From Eledone cirrhosa (Eukaryota): a DNA stretch of 64,000 bases. This document shows positions 59,650 to 64,000 of the stretch, piece by piece; position 1 is the first letter of the stretch, and each line of letters starts with the position of its first letter. Under the pieces are notes generated by a model. It worked only from the letters and a program-made list of their open reading frames with translations. It was not told the origin of the DNA and did not search any database. The position numbers were made by a program, and so were the translations under genes. The stretch is taken from assembly GCA_964016885.1 (NCBI GenBank), contig OZ024743.1, forward strand, positions 154,070,001 to 154,134,000, read 5' to 3'.

Positions 59650-60845
59650 TTTCATTTCTGAATTTGTTTAGCAAGATTCTTTATCTGAAAACGTGTGCTG
59701 AAACCGATATTGTTATACTTTAGGAGGGTCATGTTGCCAATAAGAAACACACGCACCAGTTGTTTTCACTTCAATTTATTATAATAAATTTATAAATTTA
59801 GGAATCTATAAATTTCCGGTTGGTTGGTTGGTTTCATAATCAGATGGTTGTTTATATATTGTCAAAGTTCTTTCGTCACACATTATGTGACCTCTTCAGT
59901 GACTGGGGATTCTTTTCTTCGTTTTTGTGCCTCTCCTTTGTTCTGTCCTACGCCATTTTGTTTCTGTGTGTGTGTTGTGTGCTCAGTCTGCGCATGCGAC
60001 ACATCCGGGTATCTGTGTTTGTTTGTATTCGTTTATTTATTTGTATATTTACATGCCTCTCACCACCACCGCAATCTTAACAAACACACAGACACAGAAA
60101 ACAAGTAATGACAGTAGCACAGAAATAAGGGAAGGTAATAGGATTAAAAGGAGAAGGGAGACTATGGACAAAGAAAATAACCAAGACGAACACACAGACA
60201 CACAAAATAGAGTATAATGTTCATCGATACAACCCCTAGAGGTGAATTAGCTTACAAATTTAGAAGGGCCTAGACAAACATAAACTCAATATTAAGATAG
60301 TAGAAAGACCAGGTACCTCCGTAAAAACACTTATTAGCAAGACATACCCTTTTCAAAGAACCCCCTGTATAGATAAGAAATGTATAACCTGTAAATTAAT
60401 CCCCCATATTAACTGTAAAACTAGAAATGTAGTATATAGCATAAGATGTACTGAAGGACAATGTAGAGACAAAAATATAGTATACATAGGTGAGACTGCT
60501 CGTAGTGTAGGGGAACTGATAAATGAACACCGGCGAGACCTTCAAGATAGTAAAGAATCATCTGTACTCTACTAACATGCTAAAATAGAACATAAGGGTA
60601 AATTGGGGAACATAGAAATAAAAATAGAATCTACACACAGAAAAGACGCAATGTTTAGACAAATCACAGAGGCAATAAACATAAAAGAATTACAACCAAA
60701 ATTAAATAGAAGATATGAGTGGAACAGCAACATCACAACTTACAATTAAGAATAAAATGAAAACACACACGCACATAGAACAAATAACCAACCTGTAAGA
60801 TGTAAATAAACAAATAAATATACGAATATAAACACACACAGACAC
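59650..60845 (+). mobile_element. PLE (Naiad-like) copy: inverted pseudo-LTR 59650-60057 plus GIY-YIG region 60058-60845
   Basis: 60256-60840 is highly similar to 54863-55445 with an in-frame TAA. 59650-60057 is the reverse complement of the 55405-55810 3' UTR. Confidence 0.88.
59861..59903 (-). ncRNA. Minimal type I hammerhead ribozyme
   Basis: Minus strand GTCA-CTGAAGA-GGTCACATAATGTGTGAC-GAAAGAACTT-TGAC, paralogue of 55558-55602. Confidence 0.8.
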
Positions 60846-60904
60846 GTGAGGTACGATAATCAGACCCCCAGAGGCAAAAATACAGCAACCGAAAAACGCC
60901 ATTC

Positions 60905-62835
60905 TTGTATTGCCGCAGTCTTCTCAAGCGAAAATCGAGCCTCCATGCGCTATCTTCATTCCCGTGGTCCCACTACCGTAGCATAATGAAGCATCCGTTA
61001 ACCCCTGCCTTCTCCCTTCCCTGCACGACGTCGAGCCACTGCATCGTTTTGCATCACCATGCACATCTCTGCCCTGTCAGCCGCAATTCATTCCCCAGCA
61101 CTTTCCATTGCCTGCCTCCGTGGTCCCTAAGGATTGCCACGGCTCAACATGCCACCCTTCCATTGCCTACACTCCGGGAGAGCTCAAGACTTCCATGCCT
61201 GACCAAGCCGCATCCCTGCAACCGTCAACCCCTGCCCTCTCCCTTCCATGCACGCCGTCTTCCCACTGCATCGTCATGCCTCACCATGCCGCATTACTGC
61301 CCTGTCGGCTACCATCCCCTCCTCAGCTCTTTCTTTTGCCTGCACGCCGTGCTACTTCAAGACTGCCATGCCTAACAAAGCCGCATCCCTGCCACCATCA
61401 AGTGCTACCCTCTCCCTTCCCTGCACGCCGTCGTCCCACTGCATCGTGAAGCCTCACCATGCCGCAGCCATTCTCTGTCAGCCACCATGCCCTCTCCTGA
61501 CCTCTCCCTTACCCGCAAGCCTTGGTCCTTAACGAGTGCCATGGCTCACCATGCGGAATCCTTGCAACCGTCAATCCCATTTCCTGCACGCCCTCGGCCC
61601 ACTGCATCGTTATGCATCACCCTGCCGCATCCATGCATGATCTTTCAGCTGCCATCCCCTCCTCAGCCCTTTATTTTGCCTGCCACCGTCAACCCCTGAC
61701 CTCACCCTTGCCCGCACGCCTTGGTCCCTCACGACTGCCATGGCTCACCATGCGGCACTCCTGCCCTGTCAGCAACTTGCTCAAATGTCATCAGCATGGT
61801 CTATTCCTGCGCCGCACATAACCGCCCATTATCACAGACCAAAGACAGCACCGAACATGAAGACGATCCTGTGTAAGTCTTGTTACATTCATTTTGACCA
61901 TATTTAATAAAATTAAACACAAATTCATCCCTTTCTCCTCCAAAGCCTACCGATCATGTATGGCCGATAAACATCCTACCTTGCACCCGGTTTTCTCAAA
62001 CAATCATCGTGCCTACGGGTGCTCTCTACATTCCCGAGATGCAACTCAATTGGCATGCCGCATTCACGCCCTATCAGCCGCCATGCACCCCCGACCCTTT
62101 CACTGCCTAGGCATGGCAGTCTTGAGGGACCGAGTCACAACCCTACCATCGTCAACCCCTCCCCTCTCCGTTCCCTGCACGTCGTCGTCCCACTGCATCG
62201 TCATGCATCACCATGCCGCATCAATGCTCTGTCATCCGCCATCCCCTCCTCGGCGCTTTCTTTTGTCTGCCCGCAGTGCTCCTTCAAGACTGCCATGGCT
62301 CACGATGCGGAATCCTTGCCACCGTCCACCCCTGCCCTCTTACTTGCCTGCTGGCCGTCGTCCCACTGCATCGTCATGCCTCAGAATGCCGCATCCATGC
62401 ACTGTCAGCCACCATCCTATCCTCGGCCCTCTCTTTTGCGTGACCGCCGTGCTCCTTCAAGACACCCATGGCTATCTATGCCGCATCAATTCCTTGCCAC
62501 CCACTTAAACGTCATCAGCATGGCTTATTGTTGCTCCATTTAACCACCGATTTTCGCATGCTAAACACAATACCAACGCGCGCGATAGTACATGGTAAAT
62601 CTTTTTAGTTACATGTTCATCATGCTAAGCAAAGGATTAATAGCAACTCTTTCATTTCTCCTGACATCCCTTTCTGTCAATTATGGCCGAGAAGCATCCT
62701 GTGTAGCATCGCGTCTTCTCAAGCGATCATTGTGCCTTCCACTGTCCTCACAATTGACACACAACGCCGCATCTATTCCCTGCGACGCCCCTAAACATCA
62801 TTAGCATGGCTTATTTTTCTGCCGTGTTTAACCGG
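60905..62835. repeat. C-rich complex satellite (~165-225-bp subunits, higher-order repeat)
   Basis: CCCACTGCATCGTCATGC.TCACCATGCCGCA-like motif near 61038, 61264, 61437, 61600, 62191 and 62365. Higher-order start TTCTCAA.C.A near 60920, 61993 and 62717. Confidence 0.85.
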
Positions 62836-64000
62836 CCCTCATTCTAGGCCATACACAACAAAACCGCACAATGATTCTGGTCAACATGTTCAGCAAAACA
62901 ATTGTACCAATTCTTCCTATTCACCTCCAAGGCCTATCCATTACATCTTAGAGGTCACGATTCGCAATTTCTACGATTTCAATATTGACACAACAGTCCG
63001 TCAGGTTTCTCGGCACATGTTGCTCCCATAGGAATATGAATGTGATTTTCACTTAATTCGTAAGTGTTCAGACTTCCATATGCTTTTATGTTTTATTGAT
63101 ACAACACCGACTAAAATCATCTAACTTCACTTTGTAGGCTAGACGCGAATCACAAGGAAAACAATCCTCTGATATTCAACCCCACCAAATTCTTTGGTCT
63201 ACCTAGATTTCAATGGCTATCTCCTTTGCTTTTGTACGGTTGTACATTTGACAATGTCGCAAAACATTATTCCACTTGATTCTTACCTTTCAGCTATGAA
63301 TTGGGCAGTGCCTTAAAATCCCGGTTTATTTGCGTGCAACTTTTTGGTATCTTATGAATGGAGAATCGAAAACCCTTTTTCTCATAACCTGATACATGCG
63401 TTACACATGCTCCATCGATGTTTGTGGACTATTTTTTCAAAATACCAATATCACAGATTGGAGCACAAAAAGAAACGTTCGTTTGTTCTTCATTTAATTC
63501 AGTTAAAACATCCTGTTGGAATTTAGCGCAGACCCGTTTAAATAAAACGCCTTATAACCCCGAGTGTAACCGGGTACACCAGCTAGAAAGACAAATGGAA
63601 ACATTGTTTCCTCGGTCCGATTTAACGAAAGTCGATTTAGTTCCACAACAAATTAACAAACCATACTTGAAGACAGGTTGAGGCTGTTGCAAAGGGCAAT
63701 AACCCTAGACACTATTTGGATCAACTTTCTTTCACCTATAGCAAATTTACCGGAACAGGTTTTTAGCTACTCAAATCTACTTTAGAGGTCACACATTCAT
63801 GTAAAAAATCAATAAAACCGAAGCGGGGGGTTCAACTTTACGCAAAAAACATGGCAAAGTTACACATGGGAACACTTTTTACAAGAACGTCCGATTTTCT
63901 TGAAAACTGTCGCAAAAGACTCGCCATTATGCCGCGGTTCAGATAGAGTCCCTTTTATTTCTTCTTCTGCACATGTGAGTAAGTGAGTGCGAAAATTGTA

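Noticed and set aside
60905-62543. 156-204-aa His/Pro/Cys-rich ORFs as a protein-coding gene
   Set aside because: They overlap in several frames within a C-rich satellite that lacks stops on this strand. No domain motif is visible.

Overview
AT-rich, microsatellite-rich eukaryotic DNA made up almost entirely of transposable-element debris. I see no convincing host gene, rRNA, tRNA or CRISPR array. The SINE and repeat content resembles an octopus or other coleoid cephalopod (inference from remembered repeat motifs). Recognisable elements: three copies of a Tx1/L1-group LINE ending in (ATT)n, two of them near full length; fragments of R4/Dong-, CRE- and RTE-type LINEs; tRNA-derived SINEs; non-autonomous Helitrons; satellites; and many Penelope-like elements (PLEs) of several subtypes with inverted or tandem pseudo-LTRs. 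The strongest signal lies between 26 and 60 kb: about a dozen type I hammerhead ribozyme (HHR) motifs from at least 5 sequence families. Several have an oversized stem II (50-101 nt), a mismatched base pair at its foot, and a palindromic stem III. One sits in a non-coding ~525-nt head-to-tail monomer that looks like a retrozyme. A second signal is a shared 3' tail and shared (ATT)n insertion context between the SINE family and the Tx1-like LINE. All structures were folded and aligned by eye, so boundaries are approximate and no activity is demonstrated.
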